A stretch of 64,000 nucleotides of DNA from Opitutales bacterium (GCA_049599475.1 JBMYOQ010000004.1:32001-96000), one strand, 5' to 3'. Numbered from the stretch's first letter, positions 10,259 to 20,549 are shown. Translations and numbers: made by a program. Notes: a model not told the origin generated them from the letters alone.

Positions 10259-11406
10259 TTATTCAATAAACTGTATCTCAATTTTTTTGTAATCGTTCCG
10301 GGCACCTGTTGAATCTACTGGGATGGCTTCGAAGATATATGTGTCGATCGATAGATTCATAGGGAAATACTCGCCGCCGTATTGGACTTCGTCGCCAGCT
10401 ACAGAGTAGGGGTATAGGCGTTCGCGAAGGAAGGTTGGTTCATGATTACTCTTGATGATCACCTCTTGCACACGGCCGCGGGTGTTGACTCGAATATTCA
10501 CGCCTTTCTCGGGAAGGTCGCTTATCGAAATAGAGCTTTGGGAGGGATTGGATCGTAGCCGGTAATAGCTTGGCCGCTGGCGACTGAAATTAGGGAGAAA
10601 TCCAGGACTTCTGGGGAAAGGCTATCGTCGTTGACAGCCAATCGTTTTATGTTGGGCCCCAGTGTGGCTATTTGGCCGGTTTTTACCAGCAACGCCTTTT
10701 TGTCTCCAGGCCGTTTGAAACTGACTACACCATGGCTTACGGAGGTCTCAACGAAATCCGATTCGACATTCACCTGTAATTGAGTCCCTAATACGTCGAC
10801 CGCTCCGTGTGGGGTGTTTACGGCCATGGAGAGGCCTTGAGGTTGCTTTGCTACATTGAGGAAGACGAACCCATCTACGATACTAATTTCCTTTCGCTGA
10901 TTGTTTTCTGTGAAGTTTCCATTCAGTTCTGAAAGGGGGTGAAGCATAACCACTGTGCCATCGGAGTATTTAAGTGTGACTCTCGAATCGCGTTCCGTAA
11001 GCACTGTAGAGTGGCCGTGAATGGTGTCTCCGTTTGATGGACGAATCCAGTTGTTTTCACCGTAACGATACAGCATGACATTTCCCTCCAGAGAGACGAC
11101 TTGTGGTATGTTACCTCTGTTATTGTTCGGCATTCGAGGCGACTTGTTGGTGAAAAATATCCCTGCGAAGAGCCCCGTGATTGCAAGGCATGCCGCAGCT
11201 TTGAATAACCAGGGAATTCTTCTCGTATCGCTTCTGTCCGGCGCTCGTTGTATGTTTTGAGCACTATCTGTTTCTTTAGAATTTGTTTGATAAGAGAATA
11301 GAAGCAGGTCGTGTAGGGCCTGATGTTGGCCATACTCACGGGTGGCTCCCAGTGATTCTTCACTGGGAGCCTTTGGGAATCGCTTTGTGTTGTTTTGGCT
11401 ATTCAT
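10259..11406 (-). pseudogene. FecR-domain anti-sigma factor with a C-terminal extracellular domain, split by an apparent 1-base frameshift near 10531
   Basis: ATGA overlap with the sigma stop at 11403-11406, TM helix, FecR-like TPHGAVDVLGTQLQV. ORF stops at ...GYDPIPPKALFR*, and the shifted frame continues ISISDLPEKGVNIRVNT... to 10259. Confidence 0.65.
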
Positions 11407-11963
11407 CGTTCCTCGAAATGTGTGAGGTGCTTTACGCAATCTCGAATTAAGATGCGCGCTCGAGACAGGCGCTTAGATATGGTATCCTCCTTGAGTCCCA
11501 TTGCTCGGCTGATTTCCCGTATAGAATATCCCGATGAATAGAAGTGCTCGACAACCATCCGCATAGGGAGCTTCAGTTTCTGAACGCAATGTTGCAGGCT
11601 CTGTACACGCCCAGTCCAGTTGGTCGATAGATTGCTTGAGTCTATTATCGCGTAGATATCGTCCACGCCATCGATCGCGATTGGGGCAAGAGCAGAAAAC
11701 TTCTGTGATTCACGGCGCGCTTCGAGGACTTTATAGCGAATGATTCCCCGGGCCCACGGTGCGAAAGGTTTGGCTTGATCAAAATCAACGAAGCGTTTGT
11801 TGATTGTAATGATCGCCTCTTGGACGACATCTTGCGCTACATGGATATCCTGGCTGACAAGGGTGTAAGCATAACGGAGCATCATCGGGTGATGCTCCTC
11901 GATTAAATCGAATAAAAGTTGCTCGGCAGATTTCTCTGTATCTTCATCTAAGTAGCTCGGCAT
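11403..11963 (-). CDS. ECF sigma-70 factor
   Basis: Region 2 (AQDVVQEA, FAPWARGIIR) and region 4 (YSIREISRAMG..TISKRLSRAR); start at ATG 11963, alternative 12005. Confidence 0.9.
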   Translation of the reverse strand: MPSYLDEDTEKSAEQLLFDLIEEHHPMMLRYAYTLVSQDIHVAQDVVQEAIITINKRFVDFDQAKPFAPWARGIIRYKVLEARRESQKFSALAPIAIDGVDDIYAIIDSSNLSTNWTGRVQSLQHCVQKLKLPMRMVVEHFYSSGYSIREISRAMGLKEDTISKRLSRARILIRDCVKHLTHFEER

Positions 11964-12071
11964 TTCGATACAATTGATTGATCGAAACAGGGGTACACCT
12001 GACATTTATTTTCCGGTAATGGAATCTATAATTTTTCCGGGGATAAGTCGAAGTGTATTTTTGAATACGTA

Positions 12072-13391
12072 TTATGCATTTGGTTCATGTTTTCCGAATA
12101 CACTGAACCGGCTGTTTGGGAACTCGCTTTTTAAATCATTAAGGAAATCTGCGGTGTTCCCTTTCTTAGGGATCGCGTATCCGATGATATTCACGGATGG
12201 AAGGTCTGATTTTTTGTCTCCGTAAATGAGTGTGGCGCGTTCTTTCATCCAATCGACAAACCATTCGTTTCCGCCGACGAGTACATTGTCTCGCGGCCGC
12301 TTGCCCCAGGGCGGAGTGAGTGTTTTGGCCCAGTTTCCTTCGTGGATTCGTCCGTCGAGCCCCTGTGCCGCCCGTTTTTTGTTTTCTGCCTTCAGTCTTG
12401 AATTTTGTTTGTCTACGTATGCTTTGGCCTTCTTCTCGAAAGCGGCTCTCTCGGCGTCAGACACTTTGGCGACACGTCTCTCGTATTCACGAATTTCTCT
12501 TTCATAGGCACGACGTTCTTTCTCATTAAAGGTTCGGGTGAATTTGGGAGTCCCGTCTGTGATCATAAAAATGTTGTCTGCTTTTTGCTCAAAAGCAGCG
12601 AGTAGTGCCATATCCATACGTGAACTGCCGTTAATGGGTTTCACACCTCCCCAGTCGGGTTTGTAATTCCTTAGGAATACAGATTTTTTTGCGCTAGGGC
12701 TGATACGCCCGCCTTCGGTTCGCCAATATGGATCGATGAAGTCGATGGCTCTCTGCTTGTTCTCCTTGCTCGCAAGGACAAGGTTTGAGCTCATAACGTC
12801 TAGACCTGAAGAGAAAACCATTACATTGAAAAGGCTTGCGCTGCTAAGGTTATCGATCACTTCGCTCAGCTTTTCTTTCACATCCTCATATCCGGTGATG
12901 TCGCCTCGTTGGGGCTCCAGCATACTACGGGCTACATCCAAGACAATGACGATGCGTTCACCTTTGGATCGGATTCCGAAGAAATCGACAGCGCTTTGGC
13001 CCATACGGAGGGAAGTCCCGCGCAGACTACCAGTGCCACCGGCAAAACCGCTACCATCTCCGCCTACGCCCACAGAAGGAGCGACGTCCGAAACATTTAT
13101 TTGTATATCAGGGGCATTGATTGAAAGGGCTGACCTTACCTCGATGCGTTGTTGGCGAGGGCGAGCTGATGCCTCTTGGCGGTCCTTGGACTTCTTTTGG
13201 TTATACTTTACCGTCGGAGGCTCCAGAGGCATGCTCGGCAGCGGTGCTTCGAATTGCGTCTCTTGACGTGCGACGAATTTGTAGACGGTCATCCCGCCGA
13301 AGACAAGGAGGAGAGTTACGTTGAGGATCGCTCCGATCGTCAGGGCGACGATCATATTTTTGTTGGTGCGTTTCTTGAGTCTTTTCTTCAC
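12072..13391 (-). CDS. Membrane-anchored vWA-like domain protein
   Basis: N-terminal TM helix, Pro/Gly-rich linker, FFGI..GERIVIVLDVARSM, FNVMVFS, IFMITDGTP. Confidence 0.65.
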   Translation of the reverse strand: MKKRLKKRTNKNMIVALTIGAILNVTLLLVFGGMTVYKFVARQETQFEAPLPSMPLEPPTVKYNQKKSKDRQEASARPRQQRIEVRSALSINAPDIQINVSDVAPSVGVGGDGSGFAGGTGSLRGTSLRMGQSAVDFFGIRSKGERIVIVLDVARSMLEPQRGDITGYEDVKEKLSEVIDNLSSASLFNVMVFSSGLDVMSSNLVLASKENKQRAIDFIDPYWRTEGGRISPSAKKSVFLRNYKPDWGGVKPINGSSRMDMALLAAFEQKADNIFMITDGTPKFTRTFNEKERRAYEREIREYERRVAKVSDAERAAFEKKAKAYVDKQNSRLKAENKKRAAQGLDGRIHEGNWAKTLTPPWGKRPRDNVLVGGNEWFVDWMKERATLIYGDKKSDLPSVNIIGYAIPKKGNTADFLNDLKSEFPNSRFSVFGKHEPNA

Positions 13392-13626
13392 CTAGACTGG
13401 GGTTACAGGGGGAGATAATTAGGATTCCGAGCGGCTCAGGAATCTCATTGTGAACACCTCACAGTGTAGCTGAATAGTGGGCGTGCGGTTACTATACATT
13501 TGAATGGGTATTGGGGTTTACTTGTGTTATGGGTGGGTGATTCTCTTGATGCTTCAATCTCTCCTCGAACTGCCTCTATCCATGCGAATAGTTTCATTTA
13601 TTGCAGCTTCAGGGGAAACTAGGTGC

Positions 13627-14538
13627 GTGAATACAAAATCGCTTTTGCCCCTTATTTTAGTTTTCTCTAACACAGCTTTCTTCGCCATAGCCGATACAGA
13701 ATCGAAGATCTTGGCGTTCAGCAAAGTCGGGGATCTACCGAGTAAAATGTGCGATTTTGATTGGGCCGGCGCTCAGGTGCAGCTAGAGCCCGCCGACCTC
13801 GCATTCTCCGTTGAGACCAACCCGGGCTCTAAGTCCTGTATTTTCTTTGATCCGCCTCGAGAGCGTGGTCGCTTTGAGGCCAGCTTGTTAGCGAATGACT
13901 CCAGAATCGAATTACGAGGCATTGTTATCGATCGATTCGAGGGTAAGAATGAGCCCACGCTCGATTCAATTTTTTGGTGTCTGGGAGTATCCGAAGATGC
14001 TGGTGGTGAGTATCTATCCCTGGATACAGAGGGGGATACTATTGGGAGTTCAATTCCAGTATCGGGCTTCCGGGTTGCAGAAGGATATTCTGAGATCACA
14101 GTCAGTCTGCTTGCCCGCTATTCTCCCAAGGGAAATCCAGAGCTGGGATTCCTTAATTCTGAAAATGGCGCTCCTACGCCAATTGGCAGGATGGCCAATG
14201 TGTCTCGGGAATATAGAGACGCACATCAGCGTCTGTTTCCCCCATTTGAAGATCCTGACGCTGTCTTGTGGAACGGGAGGCATCGCAAAGTGATATCAAG
14301 TGAGGAATGTCCGCCTAGCTTCAACTTTTACTACGCTGGAAAGCATTTCCGTGCATCTACGATCCCAGGAGAAGCAAAAGGCGCAAAAATTAAACACACT
14401 GCTCGGGTGTATCCCGTCGAAAGCCTCCTGGGGAACGCCGTTAAAAACGCGTATCTCATATGCTTTGAGGAGGCGAAAAATGGGGATTACCAAGACGCAA
14501 TTTTACTGATTGAAGGCATCGAGCACGACTCGCTCTAG
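13627..14538 (+). CDS. Hypothetical secreted beta-rich protein
   Basis: Long ORF (track start 13504; GTG 13627 gives a signal peptide); C-terminal acidic motif ICFEEAKNGDYQDAILLIE. Confidence 0.6.
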   Translation: MNTKSLLPLILVFSNTAFFAIADTESKILAFSKVGDLPSKMCDFDWAGAQVQLEPADLAFSVETNPGSKSCIFFDPPRERGRFEASLLANDSRIELRGIVIDRFEGKNEPTLDSIFWCLGVSEDAGGEYLSLDTEGDTIGSSIPVSGFRVAEGYSEITVSLLARYSPKGNPELGFLNSENGAPTPIGRMANVSREYRDAHQRLFPPFEDPDAVLWNGRHRKVISSEECPPSFNFYYAGKHFRASTIPGEAKGAKIKHTARVYPVESLLGNAVKNAYLICFEEAKNGDYQDAILLIEGIEHDSL

Positions 14539-14599
14539 GGAATGCATCTGATACAGTATTGGAGATCCCTGTTTTATTCTGGGTGTATCGGAATATCTC

Positions 14600-14788
14600 T
14601 TACGCGAAGCGGGTGTGCTCGCTTAGGTAGGTGTAGCCGGCTTCTGAGAGTTTTTGGGTCAAGGCAGTGAGATCGATGTCATTCGATTTACAGAGATCAT
14701 CTAGATCTTCGTAATCGTTGCGCAAAGCCGTATTCACGACGCCTACCAAGAGGTGCGGGTCCATGGTCTCAAAATTTTCGATATGCAT
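14600..14788 (-). CDS. DUF4250 family small protein
   Basis: MDPHLLVGVVNTALRNDYEDLDDLC...KLSEAGYTY pattern. Confidence 0.8.
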   Translation of the reverse strand: MHIENFETMDPHLLVGVVNTALRNDYEDLDDLCKSNDIDLTALTQKLSEAGYTYLSEHTRFA

Positions 14789-14859
14789 GGCATCGAGGGT
14801 GCCTTGCTGAACCGCGTTGCCAATCCTGTAAATCGGGCCTCAGCGCGCAGGGGCGTTTT

Positions 14860-16110
14860 TCAGTCTTCTGTCTTTATCGAGAAACCAAATATCGAGCCTA
14901 CGCCCAGTTCGCTTTTTACGTGAATCTCGCCACCCATGGCTTCGGCGTATTCTTTGCATATTGCGAGTCCGAGGCCTGTGCCTTGACTGCCAATCTCGCT
15001 GCGGTCTCCCCCTTGGTCGTAAGGTTGGAAGATCGCCGATTGCTTGTCCTCGGAGATCCCGCGACCAGAGTCTTTTACGTAAAAGTATAAGGTGTCAGGA
15101 GAGTTTTGCTGAATTCCGACTTCGATAGTGCCTTGGTCGGTGAATTTGATAGCATTGCCGATCAAGTTGGAGAGAATTTGCCGGATCCGTAACTCGTCGA
15201 TCAGGTGGGTTGGAGGGGTGCCTTCGGCTACACTAATACTTAGGTGAAGGCCCTTGACCTCGCAGGCCATCTTAAAGGTGCATTTGATGGTCTCAATCAG
15301 GCTGCTCAACGGAGTCGGTTCCCGATTGATAATGACCTTTCCGGATTCTGCTTTTCCGTGCTCGAGCAGGTTGTCGATCAACACCATCAGCTGATTTATC
15401 GCCCCATCGATCATATCGATGCTTTCAATCTGCTCAGCATCTTGCGAATCCTCGCGCAGTAACTGCATGCCTCCGCGAATACCATTCATCGGAGTCTTGA
15501 TTTCGTGAGAAAGGGTACTGAGAAATTGATGTTTCTGCCAGAACGCACGCTCGACCTGTTTAGTCTTGGTCTGGAGCTCCTGGTTCAGGTTGAAGCGATC
15601 TATGGCGGCCCAAATGGTCCGGTGAAGTAGTTGAGGAATCGCCTCCTCGTAGATGATGTAGTCTTGGGCTCCTTGGCGTATGGCCTCGCGGGCCAAATGT
15701 TCGTGCTGCATAGGAGTGAGCACTATGAGCGGATGGGTCGATGAGAATTCGACAATCTTCTCGAGCGCATCGTTGGTGCAGTCGGACGTCTCGAGGTCCA
15801 CGAAAACCACGTTCCAGTTCTCTGTGGCAAAGCGTTCGCTTGCACTCTCGAAGCTCTCGGCCCGTTGGAAGTCAAAGTCACAGGAGTGTGTGGGCGGGAG
15901 GAGATGGCGAAGGTCGTGGTAGCGCTCAGCGTTCTCTTGGACTACGAGGACTTTGATAATATCGCTCGTGCTCCCGGCGTTTTCCGTTCGTTTGTTGGAA
16001 TCTACCGGGAGTGCGAAGGTCTTCGGTGTTTCCGCAGATGAGTCTTCCGCCTCTTTATCTGAAATCAGGGGCGACTCGGGTATAACAAACTGTGAACGTG
16101 ATTGAGCCAA
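14860..16110 (-). CDS. Hybrid receiver domain + histidine kinase
   Basis: N-terminal REC (VVFVDL, GAQDYI), H-box SHEIKTPM, NLIGNAIKFT, DSGRGI, GTGLGL; start codon uncertain. Confidence 0.88.
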   Translation of the reverse strand: MAQSRSQFVIPESPLISDKEAEDSSAETPKTFALPVDSNKRTENAGSTSDIIKVLVVQENAERYHDLRHLLPPTHSCDFDFQRAESFESASERFATENWNVVFVDLETSDCTNDALEKIVEFSSTHPLIVLTPMQHEHLAREAIRQGAQDYIIYEEAIPQLLHRTIWAAIDRFNLNQELQTKTKQVERAFWQKHQFLSTLSHEIKTPMNGIRGGMQLLREDSQDAEQIESIDMIDGAINQLMVLIDNLLEHGKAESGKVIINREPTPLSSLIETIKCTFKMACEVKGLHLSISVAEGTPPTHLIDELRIRQILSNLIGNAIKFTDQGTIEVGIQQNSPDTLYFYVKDSGRGISEDKQSAIFQPYDQGGDRSEIGSQGTGLGLAICKEYAEAMGGEIHVKSELGVGSIFGFSIKTED

Positions 16111-16271
16111 GGTTCTGCGCTGGGTGGTTGACCAGAGTTGAAATTCGACCGTTGGAGCCCGATCTTGAGAAATAATACGGATCTCTCAAATAGCGTTAGG
16201 AAATAGAGGCGAAAACTTTTACCGCGGTTTGCTTAATTGACTTCAAAGGCTGCAAACGCAGCGTTGCCGGC

Positions 16272-17345
16272 ATGGGAACACTTAGGGTCCAAGATCTGGA
16301 ATTGAAATTGAATCAATCAGTGATCCTCCAAAATGTTGATTTGGAGGCGTCGGCGGGTGCACTGACTGTTATTTCAGGCCTTAGTGAGTCAGGGAAGACC
16401 TCTCTATTACGCAGTATTGCGGGTTTTGAAAAACCTCAGAGAGGGGCGGTCGTTCTCGATGGCAAAGATGTGTCGCAGTTGAGCCCCAGTCAGCGCTCTA
16501 TTAGCCTGTTGAATCAGAAAAATGCGCTCTTCACACACCTGTCTGTTGCGAAGAATGTAGCGATGGCTTTGCGTGGAGAAGATTTGAACGATGCAGAGAC
16601 GGCTCAGAATGTATCCTGGATTTTGGACGCCTTGGGGATGAGCGAAGTCGCAGATCGCAAACCACACCAGCTTACCGGTAGTCAGCACCAGCTGGCAGCA
16701 TTGGCACGCTCTATTCTCGCACGGTCGACGTGTCTGCTGCTCGATGAACCCCTCACGAGCCTGGACCGGGTGCAGAAACAGGCTCTGTTCAATCTTATTC
16801 GCGAGGTCAGCCGAGAGCGGGAGATTTCAGTCCTCTTGGCGACTCAAGATCTGGAATCTTGCCTCCCGTATGCGGACTCAGTGGCGGTTCTGTCCGATGG
16901 ACGTATTGTCCAATCTGGAGCTCCAGATGAAATTTACCGGCGACCTCTGTCAGTCGAGGTGGCTCGTCAATTTCCGGCTTTCAACATTTTGGAGGGCAAA
17001 ATCATCCTCGCAGAGGCCGGAATGCTCTTGGTTAGCACACAGTTGGGAGATCTAGCAGGAGTTCCGGTAAACGCGGACGCCGAATTTTCCCCAGACGAAT
17101 GCGTAGATATCGCAATTCGACCCGAATCGCTTCATTGCGATTTAATGGCACCTGAGGAAAACGCATTTGCGGTCACGATACAAGAGGCCGGCTATTTTGG
17201 CTATCATGCGGATTTAAAGGTTCTGGCCAATGAACTGAGCCTGACTGTCCGTATTCCGAATCCGCAGAGTAGACAGCCCTATCTGATGGATTCCGAGATG
17301 TTTGCCTGGGTCGACAGCGATGACGTTGTGGTCATGAAACGCTAA
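16272..17345 (+). CDS. PotA/FbpC-like ABC ATP-binding protein with degenerate motifs and a TOBE-like C-terminus
   Basis: GLSESGKT, LTGSQ, LLLDEP, ATQD, IAIRPE. Confidence 0.8.
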   Translation: MGTLRVQDLELKLNQSVILQNVDLEASAGALTVISGLSESGKTSLLRSIAGFEKPQRGAVVLDGKDVSQLSPSQRSISLLNQKNALFTHLSVAKNVAMALRGEDLNDAETAQNVSWILDALGMSEVADRKPHQLTGSQHQLAALARSILARSTCLLLDEPLTSLDRVQKQALFNLIREVSREREISVLLATQDLESCLPYADSVAVLSDGRIVQSGAPDEIYRRPLSVEVARQFPAFNILEGKIILAEAGMLLVSTQLGDLAGVPVNADAEFSPDECVDIAIRPESLHCDLMAPEENAFAVTIQEAGYFGYHADLKVLANELSLTVRIPNPQSRQPYLMDSEMFAWVDSDDVVVMKR

Positions 17346-17392
17346 GCTCGTTTTCAGTAGCTTGCATCAGAAATCTATGCAGCCTTTTCGGA

Positions 17393-18388
17393 ATGACTTT
17401 TGAAAAACCTACCCGCGTGGTGTTCATGGCATCGGATATTATCGCGCTACCGTCTCTGAACTGGTGTGCGGAGCACCCGATGGTCGAATTAGTGGGCGTG
17501 ATTACGCAGCCCGATCGGCGATCGGGGCGGGGTAAAAAATTAGTGCCCAATCCTATAAAAACCTGGGCACAAGAGCACCACATTGAAGTAAAATGTCCAG
17601 AGCGTCTCTCTCTCGAAGATGCTGAGTGGGTCCGGTCGCTGGAGGTGGATATCTCGATAGTGATGGCATACGGTCAGTTCCTCAAGAAGAGTATGTTGGA
17701 AGCCCCAATTGTGGATACCGTGAATCTTCATGGATCGATTTTACCGGCGTACCGCGGTGCCTGCCCAGTCGAGGCATCGATCCTCAATGGCGATCCTGAG
17801 GCGGGAGTCTCACTCATGCGTTTGGTCAAGAAAATGGATGCCGGGCCGGTTTATGATGTCGAGAAAGTTGCGATCGATGGCTTGCCCACAGGTCCCGAAC
17901 TGCGCGAGCGAGTGGGGGGCGTGTGCCCTAGGCTCCTTGAGCGAGCTTTGCCATTGATTGTGTCCTCGGAACGCGGACCGGTTGAGCAAGATCCCAGTTC
18001 GGTAAGCTACGTCCGTAGACTCTTCAAAACCGACGCTTTCATTGACTTCAATAATGAGGCGGCGGCGATCGAACGCCGAAGTCGAGCGCTATACCCTTGG
18101 CCAGGGACGGCAATCCAAGTAAAGGGTGAGACGCTCAAACTCGCGGATTTGAAAGTCGTTCCAGGCTTCGATGATCAGGCGCCAGGCACCGTGTTGGAGA
18201 TTGATGGGCAGATCGGTATCGCGTGTGCGTCGGGAGCCATTGTTCCCGGACAATGGCAGCGCCCAGGAGGTAAAATGCTCGCATCGGCTGATTTTTTCCG
18301 TGGATTCTCACTTGAGCTGGGAACAGTGATCGAATCGGTGAATAATCCGCCAGTTATCAGTGCGGCTCCTTATATCTACGCGTCTTAA
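17393..18388 (+). CDS. fmt: Methionyl-tRNA formyltransferase
   Basis: TQPDRRSGRGKK, MAYGQ, NLHGSILPAYRGACP, KMDAGP, PWPG. Confidence 0.93.
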   Translation: MTFEKPTRVVFMASDIIALPSLNWCAEHPMVELVGVITQPDRRSGRGKKLVPNPIKTWAQEHHIEVKCPERLSLEDAEWVRSLEVDISIVMAYGQFLKKSMLEAPIVDTVNLHGSILPAYRGACPVEASILNGDPEAGVSLMRLVKKMDAGPVYDVEKVAIDGLPTGPELRERVGGVCPRLLERALPLIVSSERGPVEQDPSSVSYVRRLFKTDAFIDFNNEAAAIERRSRALYPWPGTAIQVKGETLKLADLKVVPGFDDQAPGTVLEIDGQIGIACASGAIVPGQWQRPGGKMLASADFFRGFSLELGTVIESVNNPPVISAAPYIYAS

Positions 18389-18541
18389 GCCTTTGTTAGA
18401 CCCTCGATCGGCTCACCAGGGACGGTTCTACCATTTGTTAGTCGCGGCACCCTGCTGTTTTGACTCGCTCAAGGGCATGGGTAAATCGAATGGCTACCGC
18501 GAATTTGAGCATCCCAAGAGCCGACGCCATGAGCTCCACCT

Positions 18542-19822
18542 CTATAGAATGTCGCTCAGAGAGCCGTAGTCGGCGCGGAAAAGGCGCATGTAGAGGCGGA
18601 TCGCTTCTCCGTCTGTGAAAGAGGAGAGGGCGTCGCATAGGATTCTGTAGCGGTGGATTGTAGAATCCGCATCACGGATTCGCCTATCCCATGCATCTGG
18701 GAGAATACGAAGGCTTGCGCTGCTTGAGCCGATATAGGTGTCTTCTAAGGCCTCAAACAGATTTTGCACAAGATAGCGCCCCCGGAATTCACTCTGTTGG
18801 ACTTGGGGAGATTTAAAGATCAGATCGAAGGCAATGCGTTTGTAAATCGAACACTCGCGTTCGACCGCAGGATCGATCTGTAGGGTCCATGCATAGCGAC
18901 CGCTTGTCGAAGAATCTTCACTCCTGATGATCTCGACGCTTCTAATGAAGGTTCCGATCTTTGCGGCGTGTCTCCGCTCATAGCTTTGGCTGCGTATCGC
19001 GTCGCAAAGCCTTTTGATGTGATGGTGATCCTCGGCTTGCAAGTCCGCTTGGCTGTCCGCCCAGTCTTGAAGCTTTTGCACTGAAATGTATCCAGCCTGA
19101 ATTCCGTCGGAAAGGTCATTGAGTGAATAAGCCGTATCGTCGGACCAATCCATTATCTGGCATTCCAAGCTTTTGCGCTTGGGAAGTGCTCCATCTAGGT
19201 GCACCCAGTTTATAATCTCTGCCTGCTCGTCGTAGACGAAATGATTCTTCGGGTATTTGGGGGCTCCTTGGTCGTCGACCTGCGTGCGCTCTGAGAATGT
19301 CTGCTTGTATTTCAGCACACTATCCAACAAAGCCCGAGTAGGATTCATCCCTTGAGAGCCCTCGGGACGGTCGAAGATAAGCTCAGTTAGAATACGCAGG
19401 GTCTGCGCATTGCCCTCAAACCCACCTTGTTGGAGCATGCAATCGTTGAGGGTGCGCTCGCCGATGTGTCCGAATGGGGGATGTCCCAGGTCGTGAGCCA
19501 GGCAGGCGGCCTCGACTAAATCAGCATCGACCGTTACGGGCTCCGGGGAGCGCTCTTGCAGCAAGAGATTCACACGATCTACAATCGATCTACCGATCTT
19601 CGCGACTTCGATCGAATGTGTGAGCCGGGTTCGGTAAAAATCATAGTCTCCTGATTGGAAAACCTGCGTCTTCGACTGAAGTCGGCGAAACGCATATGAG
19701 AATATGATACGATCGCGCTCGATCTGAAAAAGTGAGCGAGTCTCAGCATCTGATGTTTTGATCTGACCTTCTGGGGGCCAGCGATCGAGGTCTTGGGAAG
19801 TGTAGAAGGGCGCTTGGGCCAT
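18542..19822 (-). CDS. dgt: dGTP triphosphohydrolase (HD superfamily)
   Basis: FRRLQSKTQVF, RTRLTHSIEV, AHDLGHPPFGHIGE, FEGNAQTLRI, DDTAYSLND; start at ATG 19822. Confidence 0.92.
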   Translation of the reverse strand: MAQAPFYTSQDLDRWPPEGQIKTSDAETRSLFQIERDRIIFSYAFRRLQSKTQVFQSGDYDFYRTRLTHSIEVAKIGRSIVDRVNLLLQERSPEPVTVDADLVEAACLAHDLGHPPFGHIGERTLNDCMLQQGGFEGNAQTLRILTELIFDRPEGSQGMNPTRALLDSVLKYKQTFSERTQVDDQGAPKYPKNHFVYDEQAEIINWVHLDGALPKRKSLECQIMDWSDDTAYSLNDLSDGIQAGYISVQKLQDWADSQADLQAEDHHHIKRLCDAIRSQSYERRHAAKIGTFIRSVEIIRSEDSSTSGRYAWTLQIDPAVERECSIYKRIAFDLIFKSPQVQQSEFRGRYLVQNLFEALEDTYIGSSSASLRILPDAWDRRIRDADSTIHRYRILCDALSSFTDGEAIRLYMRLFRADYGSLSDIL

Positions 19823-19926
19823 AGTATATTTCAAAGACTTACCATTGCTGGCGAGGCGACAATCGCAAAATGGCCCCTTATAGATATTCAATTTGCAAGA
19901 TGGAACATCACTAGCTAGCGAACGGC

Positions 19927-20547
19927 ATGTCAGAGCAGGAATATTATCAAGTTTCACCGATTCGAGTGACTGTCTATATGGCCTCGAGTAACGACGTGGA
20001 TGAAAAGTATTTCCACGTAGCGAAAGAGCTTGGGGCGAAAATCGCCCAGTCAGGAATGCGGCTGGTGTATGGAGGCGGCAGCAAGGGGCTCATGGGAGCC
20101 GTCGCGGATGCTGTGTTGGAATCCGGTGGGGAAGTGACTGGAGTGATCCCGACCTTTATGAAGGAGCGGGAATGGGCTCACCACGGTCTCACTGAAATGA
20201 TCGAAGTCGATACCATGCACGAACGGAAGACTGCGATGGTCGCTCAGTGTGATGCAATAATAGCCCTGCCAGGAGGGTGCGGCACTTTTGAGGAGCTCTT
20301 GGAAGCTATCACCTGGCGGCGTTTAGAATTGATCCACAAACCGATACTTATTTTCAACCAAGATGGCTATTACGATCCACTCATTGCTTTGATGGACCGA
20401 GCGATCGAAGACGGATTTATGCGCCCAGAATTCTCCGAATTTTGGCATATCGTCGATAACGCAGACGAAGCGCTTAAATACATCGAGTACAAAGCAAGAG
20501 GGCTCGGTGAATATCACAAGAGCCCTCCGAGAGATCTTGGAACTTAA
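19927..20547 (+). CDS. LOG family (TIGR00730-like) nucleotide phosphoribohydrolase
   Basis: LVYGGGSKGLMG, MHERK, PGGCGTFEE. Confidence 0.92.
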   Translation: MSEQEYYQVSPIRVTVYMASSNDVDEKYFHVAKELGAKIAQSGMRLVYGGGSKGLMGAVADAVLESGGEVTGVIPTFMKEREWAHHGLTEMIEVDTMHERKTAMVAQCDAIIALPGGCGTFEELLEAITWRRLELIHKPILIFNQDGYYDPLIALMDRAIEDGFMRPEFSEFWHIVDNADEALKYIEYKARGLGEYHKSPPRDLGT

Positions 20548-20549
20548 AA

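Noticed and set aside
10520..10545. Programmed -1 frameshift in the FecR gene
   Set aside because: No in-frame X XXY YYZ slippery heptamer or evident stimulatory structure; a simple indel is more parsimonious
14790..14804. GG-N10-GC motif before the DUF4250 gene
   Set aside because: It abuts the start codon, so transcription would begin inside the gene
18542..20547. dGTPase plus LOG as an anti-phage nucleotide-depletion system
   Set aside because: Genes are divergent, look like housekeeping orthologs and sit among core genes with no defence-island context
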